NCBI GenBank assembly: GCA_016794505.1
Contig: JAEUJZ010000141.1
Span: 18,204 to 82,203 of the forward strand
Length of the DNA stretch: 64,000 nucleotides
Reading direction: 5' to 3'
Source of the DNA: Myxococcales bacterium
Lineage (GTDB): Bacteria > Myxococcota_A > Polyangia > Palsa-1104 > JAEUJZ01
Shown here: one piece after another, positions 47,223 to 56,096 of the stretch
Numbering within the stretch: position 1 is the first letter of the stretch
Layout: each line of letters begins with the position of its first letter
Notes under the pieces: model-generated
Seen by the model: the letters and a program-made list of their open reading frames with translations, nothing else
Told to the model about the DNA's origin: nothing
Database searches by the model: none
Position numbers and translations under genes: made by a program

Positions 47223-49364
47223 ATGCGCTCTGCTTCTCTTCCGGTCGTGTCCGCTCACGCTGCAGGTTCTGATTCGCTCTCGTCGCGGGATAGGGGGCCG
47301 CGCATCGACATGCCCAGTGCCGTCGTGCCATCGTCGGGCCTGGCCGAGCGAGTCCCGACGCGGGGGGGGGAGTCGCGCGCCGGCTCGCTGGCTGCGTTTA
47401 CCGAGAGCGAAGCCCGCGCTTTTCTGGCGGTCGCGCGAGCCGTGATTCCCGGCGGAGAGCGCTTGCCTCCCGTCGGTCCACGCTTGGTCGCACGCATGCA
47501 GGAGCTGATGGGCGACGGCGGCGCGGCGCTGTGCCTGGGGTATCGCGGCATCCTGCGCAGCCTGGGCGTGCTCAGCCGCATCAAGTACCAAAAGGGCCTC
47601 GCGGCCTTGCAGCCCGAGCAGGTAACGGCGCTGCTCGAAGGCCTGTTGCATGGCGGCTTTTCACAGCGGCTGTTCCTGCGCGCCGTGGCGACGCCGATCA
47701 AGGCGCTGTACTTCGACGATCCCGCGATCTATTCGCTGCTGGGCCAGAAATACCGCGAGGGAACACCGACGGAACAGGCTGCTCTGCTGCGTGTGACCCC
47801 GGATGATCAGCCGCGCTATGTGCGGGAACGGACCCAGCGCGCCTGCGACATCCCCGACGGAGAGACCCTGGAAGCCGACGTCGTCGTCATCGGATCCGGG
47901 GCGGGTGGTGCCGTCGCCGCGTATGAGCTTGCCGCCGCTGGCCACGCCGTGCTGCTGCTAGAAGAAGGGCTGTTTTATGGCCGCCAGGACTTCACCGGCA
48001 GCACGTTTCGCATGCAGCACCTTCTGTATCGCGACATGGGCGCGACGACTACGCTCGGCAATGGGCAGATCTTCGTGCCGACTGGAAAGACTGTCGGTGG
48101 CTCGACGACGGTCAACAGCGGGACCTGCTATCGCATGCCGGATCGGGTCGGCCAGATGTGGGAACAGCAGCTTGGGCTTGTCGGCTATGGCCCGTCGGGT
48201 CTTGCGCCGTATTACGAGCGCGTCGAAGCGGTGCTGGGTGTCGACTATGGCGCGCCGCAGTTTCTGGGGGCGGCGGCCGCAGCGGTGGCGCGTGGCGCCG
48301 ATGCGCTGGGTCTGCGACACAAGCCCTTGCGCCGCAACGCTCCCGGCTGCGATGGACAGGGGGTGTGCTGCTTTGGTTGCCCGACGGATGCCAAGCGCTC
48401 GACCAACGTAAGCTATGTGCCGATGGCCCTGCGTGCCGGGGCCGAGCTAGTCGTCGGGGCGCGGGCCGAGCGGCTGCTGATGGAAGGGGGCCGCGCGGTG
48501 GGCGTCGAGGTCGTTTCGGCGTATCCGCAGCGCGAAGGACACCGGCTTCATCCGCGCTTCCGTGTGCGAGCCAAGGCGGTGGTGCTGGCCACCGGCACGC
48601 TGGCGACGCCGGTCTTTCTGCTGTCCGACCCACAGGCCCGACGGGCGCTGTCACGCTCGCGAGCCCTGGGGCAGCACCTGACCATTCACCCCGCAGCCGG
48701 CGTCTTTGCCGTCATGCCTGAGCTCATCAACGCCGGTCCCTCGATTCCCCAGAGCTACGCCATCGAGGAGTATCACGAGCAAGGTCTGCTGTTTGAGGGA
48801 GCAGCAACGCCGGCCGATCTGTCGGCGATCACCATGACCTTGGTGGGGCGGGAATTCGTCGAGACCATGGAGCAGTTTCAGCACCTGGCCTGCTTCGGAG
48901 TCATGCTCGAAGACTCGACCTGGGGCAGCGTGGCCCCTGGCCCGTTCCGTCGCCCGCTGGTGCGGTATGACCTGACGCCCCACGATGTCACGCGCCTCAA
49001 GCGCGCGATCGATGTGCTGAGCCGCGTGTTTTTCAGCGCGGGCGCAAAGCGCGTCCTCACCCCGGTGCATGGCTTCGAGATCCTGCACCATCCCGACGAG
49101 CTACAGCGGATGCACGGGCTGGATCTGCGCCCCAACCAGTTCGATCTGACGGCCTATCACCCGCTGGGCACGGCGCGCATGGGCGTCTCGTCTGCGTTGA
49201 GCGTCGTCAACCCCGACCTGCAGGCGCACGATCTGCCGGGCCTGTACATCTGCGATGGCAGCGTCATTCCGACCTCGCCCGCGGTGAACCCGCAGCTGAC
49301 GATCATGGCGGTGGTAAGTCGGGCCGCACAGCGCCTGGCCGAGCGCTTGCACGACCGCGCCTAG
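47223..49364 (+). CDS. GMC-family FAD-dependent oxidoreductase with an N-terminal extension of about 210 aa
   Basis: Contains DVVVIGSGAGGAVAAYELAAAGHAVLLLEEG and GGSTTVNSG, plus a C-terminal GMC block (HPLGTARMG...LYICDGSVIPTSPAVNPQLTIMA). The N-terminal part (FTESEARAFLAVARAVIPGG) resembles the small 'subunit 3' partners of gluconate-dehydrogenase-type enzymes. Confidence 0.8.
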   Translation: MRSASLPVVSAHAAGSDSLSSRDRGPRIDMPSAVVPSSGLAERVPTRGGESRAGSLAAFTESEARAFLAVARAVIPGGERLPPVGPRLVARMQELMGDGGAALCLGYRGILRSLGVLSRIKYQKGLAALQPEQVTALLEGLLHGGFSQRLFLRAVATPIKALYFDDPAIYSLLGQKYREGTPTEQAALLRVTPDDQPRYVRERTQRACDIPDGETLEADVVVIGSGAGGAVAAYELAAAGHAVLLLEEGLFYGRQDFTGSTFRMQHLLYRDMGATTTLGNGQIFVPTGKTVGGSTTVNSGTCYRMPDRVGQMWEQQLGLVGYGPSGLAPYYERVEAVLGVDYGAPQFLGAAAAAVARGADALGLRHKPLRRNAPGCDGQGVCCFGCPTDAKRSTNVSYVPMALRAGAELVVGARAERLLMEGGRAVGVEVVSAYPQREGHRLHPRFRVRAKAVVLATGTLATPVFLLSDPQARRALSRSRALGQHLTIHPAAGVFAVMPELINAGPSIPQSYAIEEYHEQGLLFEGAATPADLSAITMTLVGREFVETMEQFQHLACFGVMLEDSTWGSVAPGPFRRPLVRYDLTPHDVTRLKRAIDVLSRVFFSAGAKRVLTPVHGFEILHHPDELQRMHGLDLRPNQFDLTAYHPLGTARMGVSSALSVVNPDLQAHDLPGLYICDGSVIPTSPAVNPQLTIMAVVSRAAQRLAERLHDRA

Positions 49365-49586
49365 GTGTCACCGCCACCTTGCACCGACCGATATGATCGG
49401 TCTGCGATGCCAGAGCCGATCGAGCGACTGGACACCCCGGCTGGAAGCCGGAGCCCCACCGAAGAGCCGAGCAACAGCAAGACAGCTGCGCCTGCGCTGG
49501 ACGCCTCGGCACCGACGCTCGATGTGATCCTCCCTCAATTTCGTGGACACCCTGAGCAGCCTCCGGCTGCGGTATGAGGGTTGTTC

Positions 49587-49997
49587 ATGACAAAGCGTGT
49601 AGAGCGCATCCGTCAGCTTATCGAGCGGCACTTCGCCCAAGACCGACAGCTCGTCGATGTGTTTCGACGACTCGGCCACAGTCCCGACGCGCTGGGCCGA
49701 AGCGAAGTGTCCGGTTAGGCGTATGCCAAGCTGCAGGTGTTCAACGCTGCCCGCACGCTGATCGCGCAGATCAGCACGCCGCGTCTCAACCTCACGCAGT
49801 GCCGCACCGCCTGGGCCCACCTGTTCGACGGCGATATGCCCAACCCCAGCCGCGCCACCGCGACCCCAGTCGCCCCGCGCAGCTCATCGGCGCCCTTGCC
49901 GCCAACATCGTCGCGGTCACGCCGCTTGCCTGCCCCTCACTCCCCGGCTTCCCCTTCGCCAACCGCAACACCGATGCCGCCATGCGCTGCCGCATGA
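49587..49997 (+). pseudogene. ORF interrupted by an in-frame TAG (49716-49718); possible gene relic
   Basis: ATG at 49587 gives MTKRVERIRQLIERHFAQDRQLVDVFRRLGHSPDALGRSEVSG, then TAG. The same frame continues as AYAKLQVFNAARTLIAQISTPRLNLTQCRTAWAHLFDGD... and degenerates into a P/S/A-rich tract. I cannot assign a family. Confidence 0.3.
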
Positions 49998-50418
49998 CCA
50001 TCGGCGCCCCCGACGCCCCCCCCTCAGTCAAGCCATCCCCACCATTCAGTTCGGCAGCGAAGACCGTGCCCCACCCACCGCCGGGCTCCCCAGTCAGCCC
50101 GTCGTCGTCCTCAACACTGCCCTGCGGCGCTTCTACTCCGACAACATCACCGCGAGCTTGTTCACGCGGATGAACGCCTCCGCGCTGCAAGCAGGCATGC
50201 GCTGCGACGTGTTCGTGCTGGTCAGCGCATCGTGCTGCGAGAGGCAATGCCCTGGCCGAGAGCGTTGGGCATGGCGCAGCCTCGCAGACACGACGCGATA
50301 ACATCCGCCTCGTTGGCCATGGCGGGCACGATGGCAATCCCCCTCGGTACGGCTTGGCCTTCCCTGGTAGCGTCTGCGAGCCTTCCGCCATGTCGCTCCG
50401 CAAATGGGAGCGCGGCGG

Positions 50419-51417
50419 CTACTGGCCGAGCTGCTCAAGCTTGGTGATGAGCTCCGGCGCGAAGGTGCCCTGGCCAAGCTTGCTGCGCACCTGCTTGAAG
50501 AGCGCGTCCCACGTGGCCCGCTCGTCTGCCGTGCAGTCGATCAGCGTCATCTTGCCCTTCAGGCGACCATAGGCTGCTTCGTCTTCGTTGCGGATGCGCT
50601 TGGTCAGCGCATTCGCCGCGACCTTGGCGGTATCGAGGAGAATTTGCCGAAGATCGGCGGGCAGTGCGTCCAGCCGCTTCTGCGAAAACACCAGGGCGCC
50701 GATGGCATAGCTCTGGACCCCGCTCTGGATGGTATCGAGCTTCGAGGCCCACTGGAGCTGCTCGGCAGCCAGCGACGGCGCAAGGACGATGTTGATCGCG
50801 CCGATGTTGAGCTGCGGCAGCACCTCGGGCACGTTGAGCGGCATCGGCGTGACCCCACCCAGGGTCTGATAGAACACCGGCTGGATGGCATCGTCCCGCC
50901 ACAGATACGGCTTCTTGCCCTTGATGTCGTCGGGCACCCGCACGGCAACGCCTTTTGACAGGATGCGCACGCTGCCGACATCGCCCCAGCCGGCGATCTG
51001 GAAGCCGGCGTCACTGATCCCTTTTTCGAACTCTGCCTTCATCGCATCGCGGGCCCTGTCGAGCTTGGCCCAGCTTGAAAACAGGCCGGGGCTCTGGAGC
51101 GCGAGGATCGGCTTGTAGATCTTGCTAAGACCGACGGCGGTGACGACGGCGCCAACGAGCTGAGCAGACTTCATCTTGGCAACCGTCGCCGCCTCGTCGC
51201 CCTGCAGGCCATTGTAAAAAATCTGGATCTCAAGCCGGCCACCGCTCTTCTCTTTGACGGCCTTTTCCCAGACCGAGAGGACCTGTCCCCACGGGCTCGC
51301 CTTCGGGGCCAGCGTGGCGATCTTCAGTACGTCACCGGCCCGCGCCCTGCCCGGCGCGCCCATACCGGCGAGGAGCGCCAGGGCTCCGGTCATCTGGATC
51401 ATGCTTCTTCGTCGCAT
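50419..51417 (-). CDS. TRAP-transporter solute-binding protein (DctP family); no dctQ/dctM partner in the window
   Basis: From the ATG at 51417 there is a signal peptide (MRRRSMIQMTGALALLAGMGAPGRARA). DctP-type blocks follow: LKIATLAPKASPWGQ, EIQIFYNGLQGDE, VPDDIKGKK. The ORF is open to 51570. Confidence 0.78.
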   Translation of the reverse strand: MRRRSMIQMTGALALLAGMGAPGRARAGDVLKIATLAPKASPWGQVLSVWEKAVKEKSGGRLEIQIFYNGLQGDEAATVAKMKSAQLVGAVVTAVGLSKIYKPILALQSPGLFSSWAKLDRARDAMKAEFEKGISDAGFQIAGWGDVGSVRILSKGVAVRVPDDIKGKKPYLWRDDAIQPVFYQTLGGVTPMPLNVPEVLPQLNIGAINIVLAPSLAAEQLQWASKLDTIQSGVQSYAIGALVFSQKRLDALPADLRQILLDTAKVAANALTKRIRNEDEAAYGRLKGKMTLIDCTADERATWDALFKQVRSKLGQGTFAPELITKLEQLGQ

Positions 51418-51483
51418 GCGGATCGTTCTCCTTGAACAGTACCTTCTCGCGATTCGCGAGCGCGGCGTAAAAGATTTTTCTGC

Positions 51484-51564
51484 GCCCTCACGCTGCGCGA
51501 GCGCGGCTTTCCCCTCGACACCATCGCCCGCTGGCTCGACTCCGAAGGCTACCTCGCTACCACG
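51484..51564 (+). pseudogene. Short peptide-coding fragment resembling the helix-turn-helix segment of serine recombinases
   Basis: It translates to ALTLRERGFPLDTIARWLDSEGYLATT, which fits the (L..G.S...IA..L...G..T) pattern of resolvase and large serine recombinases. Neighbouring frames hold other short sensible stretches, such as LEQYLLAIRERG. No intact ORF exists. Confidence 0.2.
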
Positions 51565-52676
51565 GTGCATTTACTCGCAGCCACCGTACACCGTTGCACC
51601 GCAGCTGCTGGTGGAGCCCTTGATCAAACGGGACCGATCGTGCATGTGCCGCCTCTTCCCTCGCGCACCCCAGCCCACGGCCTGCGGCGATCGGATAAGC
51701 TGAGCCGGGGGCCGCTGTCAGTCCGATGGACGTGGATTTCCCGGGGGACTATCCACCATGGCGCGAGGCAACCCGATTACCGCCGAAAGACTGCGCAACA
51801 TCCTCGACTGCCGCACTGCGCAAGAATATACGGATTTTGATCTGAAAATTGTTTAATTCTGATGAAAGTGACGCCGATATTGTCGATTAGTCGCATCAAG
51901 AACCGGGTCCAATTGGGCAATACAACCTACACTGCCGGTACCGTGCTCTATCGCGACGCTGCCACCGCGCGCATTGCTGACCAAGCGACGATAGCCCGTT
52001 TGACGGCCGAGAAAGAAGCAGCCTGGGGACGGCTGAACGTCGAGCAAGCCCCTGACAAAGTGCGTCAGTTCTTATTATCCACGAAGCATGCTTGCAAGCC
52101 CAAAGTGCGATTACTGCCCTACAGCGTCCCTCCTTCGATTCTTCACAGGTAATTCTTCTTGTTTATATGGCCGCAAAAATCTGGCGAAAGCTCTGCGCAG
52201 TAAGTCGATGGTCATATCTGCCTGTGTTGATTGTGCTTCTGGCTGGCCGGCCAGGCCACCGCGCAGCTACAGGCACTGGATGACGGCGAGTACTTGTGGA
52301 GGAACCCGCTATTGCTGCGCTTGGCCTGTGACGCTGTCTGGCATCCGCACGGCGGGGGCGGCGCGCTGCAGCGTCGCACGGACCAATGCAAACACTTCGT
52401 CGCTGCGCTTCAGAGCCGCTGGGCTAGCGCCGTATATCCTGACTACACGCTAGGTCCGCGTCCCCGAAGTCCGTGACCCCTGGGCAGCTGATCAAGTAGG
52501 TGCAGTGACGGCAGGCTGACGGGGGCGGAAGCGATAGGGGGTGAGCAATGCGGGGGGTGTAGTGGTTGATGAAGGGGTGGACTGCGATTTCTACCTGAGC
52601 GCCGTGCCACGAGGTGTATGAGCTTCTGGTGAACCTGCTCGACGAGACCGAAACGGGGAATCCCAGAACACGCTGA

Positions 52677-52748
52677 GCGCCACCTTCCCGGCGCGGTCAA
52701 TGAGTACACAGACGGTGTGTTCGCGAGGACGTGCCGGGAAGGTGGCGC
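52677..52748 (-). terminator. Long perfect inverted repeat 13 nt downstream of the propeller-lipoprotein stop (terminator or repeat element)
   Basis: GCGCCACCTTCCCGGC (52677-52692) pairs with GCCGGGAAGGTGGCGC (52733-52748). The arms are 16 bp and the loop is 40 nt. The loop itself contains ACAC...GTGT. Confidence 0.4.
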
Positions 52749-52760
52749 AGAGAATCGAAG

Positions 52761-55187
52761 TTATGGCGCCACCCACTCAGGATCAATGCGCAGGACCGCT
52801 CCGGCTCCTCCGACGACCCATGCGGTCTGTGCATCCGGGACCAGCAGGGCGCTGAGCCCGACGTTGGTGAGCTTCGGTACGTGCGCGCATGACTCATTCG
52901 CGCAGCGCATCAAAGTACCCGCATAGCCAGCGATGAAATAACGCTCGGGACCGCTGCCGGCAATGGCACCAAGCTCGGTATTAGTGCCCGTCGCGATTGC
53001 GGTACACATGGACTCTTTGCAATGCAGCCCCGTTCCCTCCTTGCCGACGGCATATGCGGTATTGGCTGTAGCGGCATAGATGCGCAACAAGTGGGCGGTT
53101 GTGCCCGTGGGCAGCTTGCGGCACGTGTTGCTTGTGGCACTGCAGCGGGTGACCAGGCCGTTCTGCCCGGCAACCCACACGTCATCGTTCTGCGAAGCGA
53201 AGCCAGTCACCGAGGCGGTGGTGGGCAGATCGGGATCGCTGTCTAGCTTTTCGCAGCCAGCGGTGGTGCAGCGCAGCACAACACCGCGCTGACCCAACGG
53301 CCCTGCCACACGTTCGACGGCTGCGACCCAAACAGAATCAGGGACCGCGCTCCACATGGAAAACGCATCTCCGGCGATTTCTGTCGGGACGTCCTGGCAG
53401 TTGTCCGCTTTTTTGCAGTGCAGCAGTGTCATGCCGCCTCCGGCGATCCAGGCCGCATCGCGACCCGACGGCCAGGTTGCCCCGAGCATTTGGCCTGGGG
53501 GGCTTCTTAGGCTGGTGCAGCCGTCCTTTGTGCATGTGCTGACCGCGCCATTCACGCCTGAGGTCCATACGCGATCGGTCGTCTCCCCGCTGATGCTTAG
53601 CTGCCACGTACCGACGGCGGGCGTGGGCGTTATGCAGCCTGAACGGGCATCGCAGCGCACGACCGAGCCCTTCTGCCCAGAGGCCCAGATGATCATGGAG
53701 TCCCCCGTGACGCTGGACAGCGTAAGCGTTGCCCCAGAATACCGAGGCAGACAGCCGCGCGATTCGCCGCACTGCACGATCACCCCTGGATAGCCGACAC
53801 TCCAGATGTTCTCAGCGTCACTGGCGGCAATCGGAAAGAGGCTGCTGGTTTCATCGAGCACGATCGCGGGGCTGCACTGATTCCCATCGCAGTGGATGAC
53901 AACCCCTTGCGTGGTTTCTATACCGGGGCTGGTGTCTTTGGGGATGTATCCGCTCACCCAAATGCTGCGCGGAGACGCCGCGTAGAGATCGGTGAAGGTC
54001 GGATTGCCCTGGCTGATCAGCGTATGGCAGGTCGTTTCATCGCAAGACAGGACTCGCTTGTTCGCCACCAGAAGCAGGATCTGTTGCGGCGACACGGCGA
54101 CCACCGCGTTGATGAGGTCCGTGGTGCCCGTCGCAAAGGCTGTGCAGCGGTCGTTGACACAGGACAGCATGGTGCCACCCGCCCCGACTGCGTAGAGCGT
54201 GCCTTGGTCATCGATGCTGATCGCTGAGAGGTCTTTGGTCGTGTTCGTCACCAGCTTCGTGCATTGTCCCTTTTTGCAGCGCACCAAGGTTCCGTTTGTG
54301 CCCGCGAAATAGGCCGTATCCTTGTCGACGACCCGCGCCGCTACATAGGATTCAGCGGGGATTCCGTCGAGCGGAGTGCAGCCCATGCGGTCACAGCGCT
54401 GCACACCCGGACCGATGGCATACACGGTCTTCGAGTCAAAGCCAGCCACTTTGTAGATGGTCCCAGCGACGCTTTTTGATACCTGGCGACACGCAAGGTT
54501 TGTGCAGTGATAGACCAGCCCCTGCCCGCCACCGACCCAGGCATCATCGTTTTCATCGACCCACACCGAATAGTGATAGTCGCTGTATGGGACGCTCAGT
54601 CGCTGCCAGAAGCCGCCGTTGTAGTGCAGGATCGTTCCGGCCGCGCCGACGGCCCAGACGCTGTCGGGATCCTTGGTGGCGACGCTGGTAAGTCCGGCAC
54701 CTTGGGGAAACGGGTTTTCCCAGCACCATCCGTGGTGATTGCAGACTCGTGCCCGCCGCAGCCGAACCGGGCGCTGTTCATAGACATCCTGTTCTGCTTG
54801 CAGGGTCAGGTTGAATTCAGCACCGACCGTCGTGGCATCCACGGCGTCAGTGCTGGTCAAGGTTACGCGTAGCTCGCTTGTTCCGCGCGTTCCCAGTTCT
54901 GGATCGACGCACAGCGCAAGATCCCGAACGAACGCCACACCCCGCCTCTGTTCCTCGGTCGTGCGCACCACGCCATTGATCCGCAGCCGGGCATGGAGCC
55001 GCATCGGCACCGGGAGCCAGGACGGAGTCTGGATGTCCGAGATCGTAATCAAGTAGTGGCCATAGGGACAGGCGTTCGGCCGACTGCAGGACGCCGCAGC
55101 GAGCCAGGCAAGCAAAGGCAGCACGCCCGCTGTGTAGAGCAGTGATCGGAATCGGATTGGGAAGGGACTGCGCATCGTTCGCTCCAT
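52761..55187 (-). CDS. Large lipoprotein with about 16 propeller-type repeats of ~40 aa, most carrying a C-x3-5-C pair
   Basis: Signal and lipobox-like N-terminus: LLAWLAAASCS. An N-terminal domain of about 150 aa follows. The repeats have the form (hydrophobic)4-x-(D/S/P)-x2-(V/A)(W/Y)(A/V)(V/A)G..G.(V/L/I).(R/H/S)C....C.. (for example TLYAVGAGGTMLSCVNDRCT, DVWVAGQNGLVTRCSATSNTC, AAWIAGGGMTLLHCKKADNC). They resemble Ycf48/BNR-like propeller blades. The first and last repeats lack the Cys pair. Confidence 0.8.
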   Translation of the reverse strand: MERTMRSPFPIRFRSLLYTAGVLPLLAWLAAASCSRPNACPYGHYLITISDIQTPSWLPVPMRLHARLRINGVVRTTEEQRRGVAFVRDLALCVDPELGTRGTSELRVTLTSTDAVDATTVGAEFNLTLQAEQDVYEQRPVRLRRARVCNHHGWCWENPFPQGAGLTSVATKDPDSVWAVGAAGTILHYNGGFWQRLSVPYSDYHYSVWVDENDDAWVGGGQGLVYHCTNLACRQVSKSVAGTIYKVAGFDSKTVYAIGPGVQRCDRMGCTPLDGIPAESYVAARVVDKDTAYFAGTNGTLVRCKKGQCTKLVTNTTKDLSAISIDDQGTLYAVGAGGTMLSCVNDRCTAFATGTTDLINAVVAVSPQQILLLVANKRVLSCDETTCHTLISQGNPTFTDLYAASPRSIWVSGYIPKDTSPGIETTQGVVIHCDGNQCSPAIVLDETSSLFPIAASDAENIWSVGYPGVIVQCGESRGCLPRYSGATLTLSSVTGDSMIIWASGQKGSVVRCDARSGCITPTPAVGTWQLSISGETTDRVWTSGVNGAVSTCTKDGCTSLRSPPGQMLGATWPSGRDAAWIAGGGMTLLHCKKADNCQDVPTEIAGDAFSMWSAVPDSVWVAAVERVAGPLGQRGVVLRCTTAGCEKLDSDPDLPTTASVTGFASQNDDVWVAGQNGLVTRCSATSNTCRKLPTGTTAHLLRIYAATANTAYAVGKEGTGLHCKESMCTAIATGTNTELGAIAGSGPERYFIAGYAGTLMRCANESCAHVPKLTNVGLSALLVPDAQTAWVVGGAGAVLRIDPEWVAP

Positions 55188-55298
55188 GCTTTTTGGCTGG
55201 GAACCAAAGCACGCAATATGCCAGACGATGGCCAGCGGTGACGCGCCTGATCCGGGCTGCTTGGATCGTCGCCGCTTCTTCAGTCCGGCCGTTGATCT

Positions 55299-56096
55299 CT
55301 ACAGGCGGAAGTACCCGTCGGGAATGATGGGCCCGCGGGCTGTCATGGACTGCAGCCCGATGCCAAGCCCGACAGCACCGCCGGTAATCGTCAGTCCGAG
55401 AGCTGTCCAGAACCACCAGCGCTTGTATAGAGGCTGCGGGCCTTGGGCAGGAAGCTCGCGGGCGCTGTGCGAAGCCGCGATATCGCGCGGTGCATGCTGC
55501 GTACTCGGGTGGGGCTGCGCGTCCGCCCCCGTCGCTGCAAGGCGGATCTTCTCGGGCTCATCGGCCGGCGCAATCAGCGTGCTGTCCAGGATGGCGTAGT
55601 CTTGGTCGTTGGCGCTCGGGCACTGGACCTGCGCCTCTGCGTGCTGTGCTTTGGCCCGCTGCAGGACGTTGTGTTCAGCCCGAGCTACCTCGAAGCAAGG
55701 AATCAGTCGCGCGAGCTGCTCGGCGGTTTCACAGGGGGCGCTTCGCAGTCGCAAGAGGGCAAGATGATAGCGGAGAGTCACATGGGGCAGTCGCTGCTGT
55801 GTGGCCGTGAGCAGATCGATGGCCTGCCGATGCTGGCCTCGCTGACTCATCGCATACGCCGTCTTGATCGCGTCCCGCACATGTTCTGTTCCTGCAGGCG
55901 AGAGCTCCGGCTCACACTGCAAGTCCTGGGGGGCCACGACGGAATCACGCGGCTTGGCGCTGCAGCGCCAAGCGAACAGCAGATACATCCCCAGAAGCAC
56001 GATACAAGCCAGCTGGTGCCCCTGCATTCCCACGGGCGCCAGCAGAGACACTCTGCACCGGTCTTTAGTAGGGAAGGATCGGACTCTCTGGGTCAT
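55299..56096 (-). CDS. Hypothetical membrane-anchored protein (signal-like N-terminus, C-terminal TM helix)
   Basis: The ORF is open from 56096. The ATG at 56027 gives MQGHQLACIVLLGMYLLFAWRCSA. The C-terminus YKRWWFWTALGLTITGGAVGLGIGL is a TM anchor. The middle is helical and TPR-like. It sits between the kinase and the propeller gene on the same strand. Confidence 0.5.
   Translation of the reverse strand: MTQRVRSFPTKDRCRVSLLAPVGMQGHQLACIVLLGMYLLFAWRCSAKPRDSVVAPQDLQCEPELSPAGTEHVRDAIKTAYAMSQRGQHRQAIDLLTATQQRLPHVTLRYHLALLRLRSAPCETAEQLARLIPCFEVARAEHNVLQRAKAQHAEAQVQCPSANDQDYAILDSTLIAPADEPEKIRLAATGADAQPHPSTQHAPRDIAASHSARELPAQGPQPLYKRWWFWTALGLTITGGAVGLGIGLQSMTARGPIIPDGYFRL

Noticed and set aside
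51862-52152. 96-aa ATG-initiated ORF in the AT-rich stretch
   Set aside because: It has no ribosome-binding site, no recognisable motif and atypical composition. Several overlapping small ORFs are equally (im)plausible. I treated it as part of the eroded patch rather than as a gene.
55209-55223. Second sigma-54-like element (minus strand TGGCATATTGCGTGC) upstream of the propeller gene
   Set aside because: It has the GG-N10-GC spacing but deviates in both hexamers (TGGCAT, GTGC). It would leave a leader of only ~10 nt before the ATG at 55187. GG-N10-GC occurs often by chance in GC-rich DNA. It is worth scoring with a weight matrix but cannot be supported by eye.
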